Origin: the human T2T-CHM13v2.0 reference genome, Homo sapiens
Strand: one strand, 5' to 3'
Length of the DNA stretch: 64,000 nt
Assembly (NCBI RefSeq): GCF_009914755.1
Contig: NC_060938.1
The notes below the pieces were generated by a model. It saw nothing but the letters and a program-made list of their open reading frames with translations. It searched no databases and was not told the origin of the DNA. Shown here piece after piece: positions 29,747 through 45,573 of this stretch. Numbering within the stretch: position 1 is the first letter of the stretch; every line of letters begins with the position of its first letter. The translations under genes and the position numbers were made by a program.

Positions 29747-30128
29747 AAGATTGGGCCCTTTAGAAGCAGAACCTGAGAAGAGGATTCTTATGGAAATATT
29801 TAGTGAAGGAGGGCTCTCCAGTAGTGGAACCTGTAAAGAAATGAGGAAAGCAGGGTAGGGCAGAAGAAACTAAGAAAAATATGAGTTCAGGTGAAGTGTA
29901 GTCTCATCCTGATTGAAATGGACCTTGGAGCTTGTGTGGCCAGCAGCAACTGGGCTTGCCTATTACGGCATGGTATTATCCACTGGCTATGAGCTACTGG
30001 GGGTTGGTGTGTGACTTCCCAGTATCTCCAAGATAGGCAGGGTTCAGAAGTGAGCCATTTGCATCCAATACCCACAGACCAGGCTTATATAAGGGGATCA
30101 TGTTGAGACACCAATAGCATCTGTTATG
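29747..30128 (-). mobile_element. Old ERVL LTR (LTR16/LTR33-like); its terminal bases lie left of the L1 at 28491-28506
   Basis: tgttttaagattggg|ccctttagaagcagaacctgagaagaggatt...caccaatagcatctgtta resembles LTR16/33 termini. Confidence 0.55.
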
Positions 30129-31049
30129 GGAAGGGGAGAGCCTGCTGCTTGGGAAGAGTCAAGTGGATGGGCCTGGAAAAGACCACAATAAGAGGCATCA
30201 AACAAGTTCTCAGGACCACATGGAAAGCAGGTCTTTACTTGCAGACCTCCTAGTCTTTGATTGAGCACTTCCCATTATCTGTATCTAAGAGCTCTTTCAG
30301 CTCTTGCCCTCATGCTGTCTGGTAAGGATCTTATTCAACTGCATCTAGAACTTTGCCTGTTGGTGGACCAGCAGGGCTAGTATCAGTCTGTTCCATAGGA
30401 ATATACTCAGTGCTCATCACATTGCCCACTGTGGATATCCCTATACTTAGTGTCTAATAAAAACAAAGAATTGATAACTAATGGTATAGAGGTAGGCAGA
30501 CTCCTTATACTTGTAACTGGGGGAGGTGCTGAATTAAAGCAGCTTAGACAGCCTTTACATTGGAAAGTGATTAACAGTTAGTTCCCTTGTAGTTATTAAT
30601 AGCTGCTCATGTAGCTCACACTCCTGGAAATGTAAGGCCTCTGGTAAACTGAGTCAGAGAATATGGCTTACCTGTGAGATCATGGAAGTCCTCTTTTTCT
30701 CACATTTAATTTAAATCCTAGAACACACATACTGGGACTATTGCCCAGAATTTCAGATTGTTAAAACTAGGTTGAAGAAGAGATGCCAATACTCTTGGCC
30801 AAACAGCAGCAGGCCACTAATAGCAGGCCTGTCTCACCACCTCTCACACTCCTGTGTAGGAAGATGGGACTTGGATAAAAAGTTTTTACTCCCAATGGCC
30901 CAATGCACAAACCAGAGGAAAGAGAGAGAAAATTGTTCTGTGTTCTGGTCATTGGGTAATGCATCTGAAATCCAGTTCAAAGTGTCATACTTACGGTAAT
31001 TGGGTTTCTCCTTTTCTGTGAATAAGTAAAGAAGGCAATATAGACTTGG

Positions 31050-31180
31050 AAATACATCTCGTTAGACTGAAAGGTAGGAAACCTATTTTCTGTTCTTGGT
31101 TTTGTCCTTGTGTAACCTTGAGAAAGTCATTGAACTTCTCCGTGCTTCTGCTTCTCCACTGTAACTGTGTAAATGTTTCC
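31050..31180 (+). mobile_element. MIR fragment
   Basis: tgtgtaaccttgagaaagtcattgaacttctccgtgcttctgcttctcc. Confidence 0.65.
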
Positions 31181-32344
31181 TAATCATCTTCCTAAATAAG
31201 AAATCAGGATGTGATTATTTTGCAGCCCAATTATTTTACTAATGATAAATGTGCTTGGGATGAGCTCAAAACGGGCCATTCAGGTGGCCTGGTCAAGGTG
31301 TTATGGTCATGCTGGGCTGTCATTAGAAGGAAGGAGACAAAGACGACTATGTCAAGTTACTCAATTAGGCAATTGTGTAAAATAATTCAATCCACTCAAC
31401 TGAGAAAGAAAAATAGTCAACAAATTACTGTCATAGAGATAACTATGTCTAAAATTTGTTTAAGTGGCTTTTCAATTTTTGACTAATTTTCTTGGCAGCA
31501 AGCAAACTTTTTGGAAAATATGTTAAAATGCATTTTTATAATCTTTTGAATTCTTAACTTTTCATTTTATGAAAATATTATGAAAATTATATATTTGATT
31601 CTGATACTTGATGCTAATAGCAATGATACAACTCCACGTTTCTAAATTACATCTATTTAACTTGACCTCACAGAATTTTACATTTATAACTATCACACAG
31701 GTGGTGGGTATGTGGTTTCAGAGACATTAAGATATAAAGCACCTGGGGTGTGTACTAGTATTCACTCTCAAATTAGTTTAACGATTAACAGAAACTGCAT
31801 ATAAACTGTTTTGCTTTTTTATTGTCCTTTTCTTTAATCTGCTAAATTTCTATAAGTATCAAGAGAATATAAACGAGAGAAAAAAATAAGCAAAGGCTCT
31901 GGATCAATTACCAATCATCTCTGAATTAATTCTTTTCTTAAGTTAGTTTCTCTTAGACCATTGCCCTTTTTATCCCTCTTTAAGATTCTTGAGGGCTTTC
32001 TCCTTCCTGACTTTTGTCCTCAAACATTCTCATGAGGTAGACTTGGGAAGATGGTAACAATTGTATGTAACACTTGTGAAACATTTCTCAGTTCACCAAC
32101 TCATACATATGGTCCCATTTATTCTTTCAGAAAATTGGTAGATTTGGTAGAATAGGAATTATTACTCCTTATCTAAATATGAAGGAATTGAAAGGCAGTT
32201 TTCCATGTGGATCAACCCGTGGCCCAGTGCACATGGATAAATTTGGAAAGTGACACAATAAGGAATGCCCACAAATGCCAATGGGATATTCAGGAAAGGA
32301 GTCTGTTTTTGCTGGTTTGCTCTGTTTCATATCCCTTTTTGAGT

Positions 32345-32863
32345 TGCATTCTCATTTAATATTTTAAATTTATTTCTTAGGAAATATTTGATACTTATAA
32401 AACAACAGTATAAAATACATATGAGGATTATGAAGCATAATGATAAGGTGAATTCCCATGAAACCAGCACCCTACATAAGAGTTAGAACAATACTAATAG
32501 AATTTTTTATTTATGTGTTACTCTCTTGCTTCTCTGCCTCCCTGATTGCTCCCCACCTAGAAATAATGACTACTTTAGATTTCGCATTTTTCTCTTAAAA
32601 AGTATTTAAAATCGTATATGTAGATTCTCCTCAACAATTCGTTGTTTAATTAGTTTTGCATTGTTTGATTTTGACCTTTACAAAAAATGACAACAGTTTA
32701 TAGTCTTAGGAGATTTGCTTTTTTCATTCAATAGTATGTTTAAAGATTCATTTCTGAAGATTTGTTTGATGTGGTTTATTCATTTTTATTGTGGAAGAAT
32801 AGACTTTACTAGTTTATTCATTTGTTTATCCATATCCTTGTCAATGAACCTTTGGATATTTGA
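32345..32863 (-). mobile_element. Ancient L1ME-type fragment (continues at 38821-39070), host of the L1PA5 insertion
   Basis: gatttgcttttttcattcaatagtatg...tttatccatatccttgtcaatgaacctttgga, resuming after the L1 (gctttccaaaacggttgtataagttacactc). Confidence 0.65.
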
Positions 32864-33101
32864 GTGGTTCCCCAATCTTTTTTAAAAAAATTTTTTTTAA
32901 TACTTTAAGTTCTAGGGTACATGTGCACAACGTGCAGGTTTGTTACATATGTATACATGTGCCATGTTGGTGTGCTGCACCCATTAACTCCTCATTTATA
33001 TTAGGTATATCTCCTAATGCTTTCCCTCTGCCCCTACCCCCACCCCACAACAGGCCCCAGTGTGTGATGTTCCCCTTCCTGTGTCCAAGTGTTCTCATTG
33101 T

Positions 33102-36702
<3,601 letters not shown>

Positions 36703-36765
36703 TATGATATTAGCTGGTTATTTTGCTTGTTAGTTGATGCAGTTTCTTCCTAGCCTTGATGGTCT

Positions 36766-37781
36766 TTACAATTTGGCATGTTTTTGCAGTGGCTGGTACC
36801 AGTTGTTCCTTTCCATGTTCAGTGCTTCCTTCAGGAGCTCTTTTAGGGCAGGCCTGGTGGTGACAAAATCTCTCAGCATTTGCTTGTCTTTAAAGGATTT
36901 TATTTCTCCTTCACTTAAGAAGCTTAGTTTGGCTGGATATGAAATTCTGGGTTGAAAATTCTTTTCTTTAAGAATGTTGAATATTGGCTCCCACTCTCTT
37001 CTGGCTTGTAGCGTTTCTGCTGAGAGATCTGCTGTTAGTCTGATGGGCTTCCCTTTGTGAGTAACCCGACCTTTCTCTCTGGCTGCCCTTAACATTTTTT
37101 CCTGCATTACAACTTTGGTGAATCTGACAATTTTGTGTCTTGGAGTTGCTCTTCTTGAGGAGTATTTTTGTGGCATTCTCTGTATTTCCTGAATTTGAAT
37201 GTTGGCCTGCCTTGCTAGATTGGGGAAGTTCTCCTGGATAATATCCTGCAGAGTGTTTTCCACCTTGGTTCCATTCTCCCCATCACTTTCAGGTACATCA
37301 ATTAGATGTAGATTTTGTCTTTTCACATAGTCCCATATTTCTTGGAGGCTTTGTTCATTTCTTTTTACTCTTTTTTCTCTAAACTTCTCTTCTCACTTCA
37401 TTTCATTCATTTCATCTTCAATCACTGATACCCTTTCTTCCAGTTGATCGAATTGGCTACTGAAGCTTGTGCATTCGTCATGTAGTTCTTGTGCCATGGT
37501 TTTTGGCTCCATCCGGTCATTTAAGGACTTCTCTGCATTGGTTATTCTAGTTAGCCATTCATCTAATCTTTTTTCAAGGTTTCTAGCTTCTTTGTAATGG
37601 GCTCGAACTTCCTCCTTTAGCTCAGAGAATTTTGATCATCTGAAGCCTTCTTCTCTCAACTCCTCAAAGTCATTCTCCGTCCAGCTTTGTTCCATTGCTG
37701 GCGAGGAGCTGTCTTCCTTTGGACGGGGATGGGTGCTCTCATTTTTAGAATTTTCAGCTTTTCTGCTCTGTTTTTTCCCAT
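36766..37781 (-). pseudogene. L1 ORF1p (RNA-binding protein) pseudo-ORF
   Basis: C-terminal 186 aa intact (...RISYPAKLSF...YQPLQKHAKL). 1-nt deletion right after the ATG and an in-frame TGA at 37393-37395. Confidence 0.9.
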
Positions 37782-40129
37782 CTTTGTGGTTTTATCTACC
37801 TTTGGTGTTTGATGATGGTGACATACAGATTGGGTTTTTGTGTGGATGTCCTTTCTGTTTGTTAGTTTTCCTTCTAACAGTCAGGACCTTCAGCTGCAGG
37901 TCTGTTGGAGTTTGCTGGAGGTCCATCCCAGACCCTATTTTACTGGGTATCAGCAGCGGAGACTGCAGAACAGCGAATATTGCTGAACAACAAATGTTGC
38001 TGCCTGATTGTTCCTCTGGAAGCTTCGTCTCAGAGGGGTACCTGGCCGTATGAGGTGTCAGTCTGCCCCTACTGGGGGTTGCCTCCCAGTTAGGCTACTG
38101 GGGGGTGAGGGACCCACTTAAGGAGGCAGTCTGTCCATTCTCAGATCTTAAACTCTGTGCTGGGAGAACCACTACTCTCTTCAAAGCTGTCAGACAGGGA
38201 CATTGAAGTCTGCAGAGGTTTCTGCTGCCTTTTGTTTGGCTATGCCCTGCCCCCAGAGGTGGAGTCTACAGGGCCAGGCAGGCCTCCTTGAGCTGCGGTG
38301 GGATCCACCCAGTTCGAGCTTCCCAGCCACTTTGTTTACCTACTCAAGCCTCAGCAATGGCGGGTGCCACACCCCAGCCTCGCTGCCACCTTGCAGTTTG
38401 ATCTCAGACTGCTGTGCTACCAATGAGTGAGGCTCCGTGGGTGTGGGACCCTCCGAGCCAGGCACGTGATATAATCTCCTGGTGTGCCGTTTGCTAAGAC
38501 CGTTTGCGCAGTATTAGGGTGGGAGTGACCCAATTTTCCAGGTGCCATCTGTCACCCCTTCCCTTGGCTAGGAAAGGGAATTCCCTGACCCCTTGCACTT
38601 CCTGGGTGAGGCGATGCCTCGCCCTGCTTCAGCTCACACTCGGTGGGCTGCACCCACTGTCCTTCCCCCACTGTCTGATGAGCCCCAGTGAGATGAACCC
38701 GGTACCTCAGTTGGAAATGCAGAAATCACCCATCTTCTGTGTCACCCACGCTGGGAGCTGTAGACAGGAGCTGTTCCTATTCAGCCATCTTGGAACCGCC
38801 CCTTGTGGTTCCCCATTCTTAATGAATAGGAACAATGTTTATATGAACTTGTGCTTGTATGCAAGGGTTCTGTACATATTTATGCAGGAGCATGACCATA
38901 AAATATGCATCTACTAAACTTCAGCAGGTTATGGCATGGTGCTTTCCAAAACGGTTGTATAAGTTACACTCTTACCAATAGTGTAAGAGAGTTCTAGTTG
39001 ATCAACGTTCTCACTATTTTATTGCTATTATCATATTTGTACATCTTTTCCCTCTTGTGGGTGTATATAGTGCTTTGTCTTGAAGTTTCAGTTTTAAATA
39101 GAGGTGGGATCTGCTTCTTTTAAAGTCCTTAATCTCACCTAGCAGTTGCCACCTCTCCTAATCCATTTGTTTGCAGAGAAATTGGACTGTGCTTCACAAT
39201 TAAATAAAATCAGGGTCTGCTGCCCTACAGAGAAAACTTGAATTCTCTCATGCCTTCCTCCTGCTTCCTCATTAATACATTGTGCCTTCACCAGAACACA
39301 GGAAGAAGACACAGCTCCTTAGTCTTAAGACTGTTTCTTCTGCCACTCTGCTTACTCAGATTGCACAAACAAACATATGTGAGGCAGATCCAGTTTTTCT
39401 TGTTTTTGGTCTACTGCAAGCATGACTGCTCTGCTGAGCATATTAAGATCTGAAGCTGCATGGTTAGTAATATGTTGAGTGAAAGAGTCAGAAATTCGCA
39501 GTGGGGCATGAATGATGGATTTTCTATAGCAGCAGGGATAGAATCTGCTGCTCATCAAAGGCTGAAAAACAGGCCTCCCTTAGAAGTCAAGACAGAAGAA
39601 AAATGAGATTGGAATGAGAAAGTACATGATAGAAATGTGGATGTCTTCAAAGAAATATGAAAGTTAATGATTACGGGCATATGCGAGCTCCACACTGAGA
39701 TATGCCTGTCCAGATAGCAATATTTTCATAGGTATTTAAAGACCCTGGAGATGTTCTTCAGCCCAAGAGAATATCAGCAGATATTCTGAAGCCTAGAAAC
39801 GGTGAATGACTTGCTCAGGATTACACAGCTAGTTATTCACAGACCTAGACTAGACTCTGGGATATTTGAGTACCACATAAGCATGCTTTCCATTAAAGCA
39901 CAAACTATTGCTTCCTCTATTTGGCTCTCTGCTTTTCCTTCTGCTGATTAAACTGAAACAATGCCATAGTATACAAATTCACAAATTAGAAATATATATT
40001 GTATTCTGTTAGAATAAAGGTTCATGACAAAAATGAAATAATTTTTTAAAGAATTTATATTTGAGCTCTCACAACCAAAATATCTTCTTCCTTTCTTACA
40101 AGCCAGTTGTGGTACAGGGACTTCTGTGA

Positions 40130-40550
40130 AGTGTGACTTGTTAGAAAACCTTCCCAGAACATTTTATTGGAATGGGAAATTGGTCAGGGAAAGGAAGGAG
40201 GCCAGGCAAGCAGGACTCACAGGGAATGATGGTCCAGCTCCACAGGGAATCTTGAAGATAGAGTAGACCACACCTTGGAGTTGTTTCCAAGAGGAAACAA
40301 GGAAGCTAGGGTATTTATATACACTTACAAGTCAGTCTTTGGTTAAGGTTATCCCTGTGGTGAGAGGAAGTGAATCCCCAAGCACTTCTGGCTTTCCTTT
40401 TGCACAAAGCAGATTCCAGCAGCATGAAGGAAGCCCAACAAAGACTCACAGCTGGCCGTCAGGATTAAAAAGCACATCAGTAGTTGGCGTGCATGAACGT
40501 GGTAAAGAAATCCAAAGAGATATAGCAGAGCACTGACTGCTTCCGTGGCT
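40130..40550 (-). mobile_element. Old ERVL LTR (LTR16/33-like), diverged
   Basis: cagggaaaggaaggaggcc...ggaagctagggtatttatatacac...gcagagcactgactgc. Confidence 0.45.
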
Positions 40551-40739
40551 GCTTTAAACTAGATCTTTCCTATTAACAGAATTCTCTGAAGCAGTGGTGG
40601 TGTAGTAAAACTCTACTACCTAATATATGTCCTTGGGCTGTCTCACACATGGCTGATAAAAAAACAAATTCATACAATATTTTTTGGGGAAAGTTTGGCA
40701 ATATATCTCAAAAGTCTTAAATGTAGAATTTTCTAATAA

Positions 40740-41000
40740 AAATAAGACATATTATTTATCAAGTGTTTAATATGTTGCAGATATCATACTATGTGGTTTA
40801 TTTCTAGGATCTTATCTAAAACTCTCAACAACCTAATAATATAGATATTATTACTATCTTCATTTTATAGATGAGGAAACTGAGTCTCATTGATTGATTG
40901 AATTGCCCAAGTCACACAGTTGGTAGGTGGTATAGCTAGAATTTGAACCAGGTCTGTTTAATTCCAGGTACTGTACTTGATTCCAGAACCATTTACATTA
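40740..41000 (-). mobile_element. MIR within an old L1ME fragment (40640-41900)
   Basis: MIR core cattttatagatgaggaaactgag...ttgcccaagtcacacag...gaatttgaaccagg. Confidence 0.85.
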
Positions 41001-41077
41001 AATGATTAGGAATAGGTACACAAATTTTATCCATAGTAATGTCCTTACAGTGTTTTATATTAAAAAATTTGAAACTA

Positions 41078-41634
41078 CCACAAAAACCCAAGAGGACAGG
41101 GTTCAGTGAGCTTCTGGATAGCTGAACATATGGAGGTTACTAAAGGTGGCACACTCAGGGAGGACATGGAAGCTTTGTACCCTTTCCCCCATATCTTGCC
41201 CTATGCATCTCTTCATCTGTATCCTTTACAATATCCTTTATAATAAAACAATAATGCATTAGTCCATTTTCACACTTCTATAAAGATACTACCTAGGACT
41301 GGGTAATTTATAAACAAAAGAGGTTTAATGGACTCATAGTTCCACATGGCTGGGGTGGCCTCAGGAAGCTTACAGCCATGGCGGAAGGTGAAGGGGAAGC
41401 AGGTGCCTTCTTCACAAGGTGGCAGGAGAGAGAGAGAGAACACAGGGGAAACTGGCACTTTTAAAACCATCAGATTTCATGAGAACTCCTTCACTATCAC
41501 GAGAACAGCATGGGAGGAAACTGTTCCCATGATCTGATCATTTCCCATTGGGCCCCTCCCTCAACACATGGGGATTACAACTCGAGATGAGATTTGGGGG
41601 GGATACAGGGCCAAACCACGTCAAGTAAACATTA
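41078..41634 (+). mobile_element. MER21-like LTR 3' fragment with a 16-bp TSD, interrupted by THE1D
   Basis: aaaaacccaagaggacaggggttcagtgagcttctggatagctgaaca...ccctatgcatctcttcatctgtatcc...taataaa, flanked by aaaaaat(t/c)tgaaacta. Confidence 0.7.
41255..41623 (-). mobile_element. THE1D-type MaLR solo LTR
   Basis: tgcattagtccattttcacac...gatgagatttgggg...ccaaaccacgtca, TSD aataa/agtaa. Confidence 0.88.
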
Positions 41635-41970
41635 AAAAAATCTGAAACTATTAATATTTACATGTCTAAAAATTGAGGTCTAGTTGAAGAATTTGTATTA
41701 GAACTATTTGATGGGATAATTTTTAACATAAAACTAATATTGAAAATCTGTATTTTGTTTGACATGAAAAACTGTTCGCTATACAATATTAAATGAAAAA
41801 TCAGGTGAAAACAGCTATAGATTATGTTTCCATTTTTGCGAAAACAAAATAACAAAACAAAACAAAACTACACATGAATGGTTAGTGAGCTATGTGAAAT
41901 AACAGATCTAAGCACTGGATGGTATTTTTGACCATTCTTTTCTAAAGGTTTATGAAATGCACTCACCTCT

Positions 41971-42366
41971 TGCTATGGTTTAAATGTGTCCCTCAAAGTT
42001 AATGTGTTGGAAATGTAATCTCCAATGAATCAGTGTTGTGAGGTGGGGCCTAATAAGAAGTAATTAGGACATAAGGGCTCTTCCTTCATGAATGAATTCA
42101 TGCTATTAAAACCAGAGTGGGTTAGCATTGTGGGAGTTGGTTAGTTATGAGAGTGGGCTTGTTATATAAACAAGTTCAACCCCTTCTTGCTCCCTCTTGC
42201 CCTCTCTTTGCCCTTCTTCCATGGGATCATGCAGCAAGAAGGCCATCACTAGATGTTTTGTTCTTGGACTTCTGAGCCTCCAGAACTGTAAGCCAAATAA
42301 ATTCCTGTTCTATAAATTGTCCAGTCTGTGGTATTCTGTTATGGTAGTGTAAAATGGACTAATCCA
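41971..42366 (+). mobile_element. MSTC/MSTD-type MaLR solo LTR
   Basis: tgctatggtttaaatgtgtccc...gcctccagaactgtaagccaaataaatt...aatggactaatcca, TSD cctct/ccttt. Confidence 0.85.
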
Positions 42367-42870
42367 CCTTTCTAATTCCTTTTCAAGGCATCTCCACAAA
42401 GTAGTGAGGGGCTAGAATTTTTCTACAAATATTTTGAATTTGATAACCACAAATGGATGAAGAGGACCCTACTAAAACCTTGCCCATAGAGTAATTTAAC
42501 CTGTTTTCATACTCACTTCCTAAGATTTGAGCACTGTAATCCTGGTAGCCTCTGCTTGGAAAGTTCTTTCCCTCTAAACCACCCTATTAATTCATAAGCA
42601 TTTTTCACATCTCAACCCCAGGAGGGTCAGCCATCCCTTCTTTTTCAACATTTCTTTTCTCACTTAATAAAATATGTAAGCGCAAGATATTATGCTGGGC
42701 ACCAAATAGGACACCAGAAGAGAAATTAGCTTAGGGACTTGTGTTCATAATATGTCACAGAACATTTGGACAGGAAGAGATATATGGATGAATGAGATTC
42801 AAAATGAGATTTTTCAAAGGCTTATTCTGAAATGAATGGGAAGGGTCATGTGTGTATTTACAAATAACTC

Positions 42871-43002
42871 ATAAGCTGTCATGCATATCCATTTTTAAGT
42901 GCCTATTAAACTACCAAAATAATAATAATAACAACTATAAGCTGTCATGCATATCCATTTTTAAGTGACTATTAAGCTACCAAAATAATAATAATAACAA
43001 CT
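42871..43002. repeat. 66-bp tandem duplication (2 copies, 2 mismatches)
   Basis: ataagctgtcatgcatatccatttttaagtg(c/a)ctattaa(a/g)ctaccaaaataataataataacaact, twice. Confidence 0.95.
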
Positions 43003-45193
43003 AAGGCCATAAAGGGCCATATATGGTTTACAATTCTTCACAAATATTACTCCAGAAATAACAGGATATTTGGAGGAAGATCTCCAAAAGGTAAAGATTT
43101 TAGTCTTTGTTACTTATTTCCACAACTAAAGCAAATGGCTATTGAGTATAAGCATCTGCAAATATTTTTCTTGAGCATGTTGTTTAAAGAAGGAGAACTT
43201 GGTTACTGGGCTAGTTTGAGGAAAGCACTTTGGGCAGAATTACTTACCTTATTACACTTGATAGATGTATGGTGACGTGCATCACTTTAGGTACCACTCA
43301 CACAACCAGCCTGAAGGACAACCACAGAGGACAGCAGAGGAATAAATAGAACTTTAAACAGAGAACTTGGTGTTACTTCAATAAGTCTCACATGTGAATG
43401 AGTAGGAGGCTCTGAAAGTTGATGTTCAGAAGGATATCATAAATCAAAATTCATTTGGCTTTGAAAAGTTGTCTGGAAGAAATACATAATATAATTTATC
43501 CTTATTCTTCTTTTAAAAAGCCTAGAATATCATTTGCTCTTATATACTGTATTGGAATCTATTCAGATTATTCAAGTGTTATAGTTCAACAATCCTTGGT
43601 GAAAGGCCAGGAAAACCTGAATGACAACACTACATTTGTTTTACAGGTAAAAATGGAAATTGTACAATCAAAATCGAGCTTCAGAAATATAATTCAGCAT
43701 GAGAGAGTTACGCAGAAATTAGTGATCCCATTAAAAAGATGCACTTTAAGAATAAATATGATTTTTGTTAGTATTTAATTTTAAAAAGTTTAAATAAAAT
43801 GTCAAAAATTGTGGTGTACATTGGTGCACTCATCCCATTTGAAGTTTTGTAGACTTAAATTTCTGCTTTCTACTAAATTATTTTTTGTTTACCCTATTTT
43901 TCTACTAACTTTGTGTTATTCACATCCACATATCCAAAGGTAATTAAAATATTGATGACTATTAATTTTATGAGAATATCTATACTGATATCTGTCACTT
44001 GTTCATTATGAAGACCTAATGGAGGAGCGATATCATTCCCTTTGATGTTAGGAGATCTAATTTCTAGGTCCAGTTCCATTTGTAATAAGCTCGATGACCT
44101 TGGGTAAGTCACATAATTATATGTTAATCTTCAATTTTCTCATCTATGAAATGAAGTTGGACCATATGATTTTGAAAGTCCCTTCTATCTCTGAAATTAT
44201 ACTGTCAGCTCTCATTTTTACTAATTTGGAGGAGCAATGATCTGCTGTTACGACACAGTAGATTAATCCCCACTGTATTTGCCTAATTGGCATGAAAAGC
44301 GACAGAGACTGAGGAATGGATGCAGCTGTCTTTGGTGCAAGTGGGTACAGGCTGAAGCTCCTCAGTGCTCACTCCTGAAGATTTTCAGTGCCTTTCCATT
44401 TTTCATTAGCCCCACTGTCCACATGCTCTTGACCATTCTCAGAGTCGGGATCTGACCATGACTCTAGTGACCTTCAATATATATAATCATAAGTTGGTGT
44501 CCTTTGTCTTATAGTTGTTTCCTGAAGAATCGTCTCAAATGTATACAAATCCTGGCATTTAATTGTGGGAATGGATCTGCTACTGTGCACAAAAGTGAGT
44601 TGCTTAAGAATGCCTTATCTATTTCACATTGGAGTGCTATAGACTGTAAATCTATGGACATGATCTTGGGAAACCTCTCTGACCTATCTCAGAGTAATGT
44701 TTTTAAACACATAAAATACACAGGATTGCAAAGAAATGAAATAAATAGAAATACAGTTTCATTAATAAATCAAAATTTAAGACCTGTATGAATATCATTT
44801 TCATCTAGACTGTAAACTCCCTGAGATCAGGAAGTATGTCTCGTTCATTGATTTATCCTAAGTGCTTAACACAGTGCATAGTTCAGTCACTTATTTAGTG
44901 ACACTATTTCAAAAATCTTCTTTCTTTGAAGTCTGCATCCTCATCAGATTTTAAGTTCCTTGGGGATAAGTGTAGACGCTTATCCACTATTGCCTTTCCA
45001 GGTCTTATATGGTGTTCCAAACTTAGTTGGTGCTCAACTAACATTTATTAAAAGGACATATAGTTGAGCTAGCCCTGTACATTTTCTGCTCTCTTCTGGC
45101 TACTTTGAGTACTGGGTTATTGGCTTATTGCTGGCAATTCTGTTCTCTGGAGGTACAGGTTGGCCTGAAGTCTTGAAGAACTAAGGAGGAGGG

Positions 45194-45573
45194 TATATTA
45201 GTCTGCTAGGGCTGCCATAACAAAATCTCATAGACGTGGTGACTCCGACATCAGAAATTTATCCTTTCATAGTTCTGGATGTTGGAAAGTCCAGCATCAA
45301 GGTTCTGGCAGGGTATGCTTTTTGGTGAGAGTTGTTTTCCTTCCTAGCTTGCAAATGGTCACTTTCTCAGTTTCTCCTCATATGGTAGAGAGAGAAAGAG
45401 CTCTCTTGTATCTCATCTTATAAGGACACTAATTCTATCATATCAGGGCCCCATCCTTATGTCCTCATTTAGCCTTAATTACTTTTATAAATGCCATATC
45501 TCCAAATGCAGTCACGTTGGGGGTTATGTCTTCAACATATGGATTTTGGAGTGATACAGTTCAGTTCACAGCA
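45194..45573 (-). mobile_element. MLT1A0-type MaLR LTR
   Basis: tattagtctgctagggctgccataacaaaat...cttataaggacactaat...ttcagttcacagca, TSD gaggg/gagag. Confidence 0.85.

Noticed and set aside
38357-38570. L1 ORF0 (antisense ORF in the 5' UTR)
   Set aside because: The ATG is present, but a 1-nt deletion shifts the frame (MAGATPQPRCHLAV*), and the ancestral frame also stops at 38428-38430.
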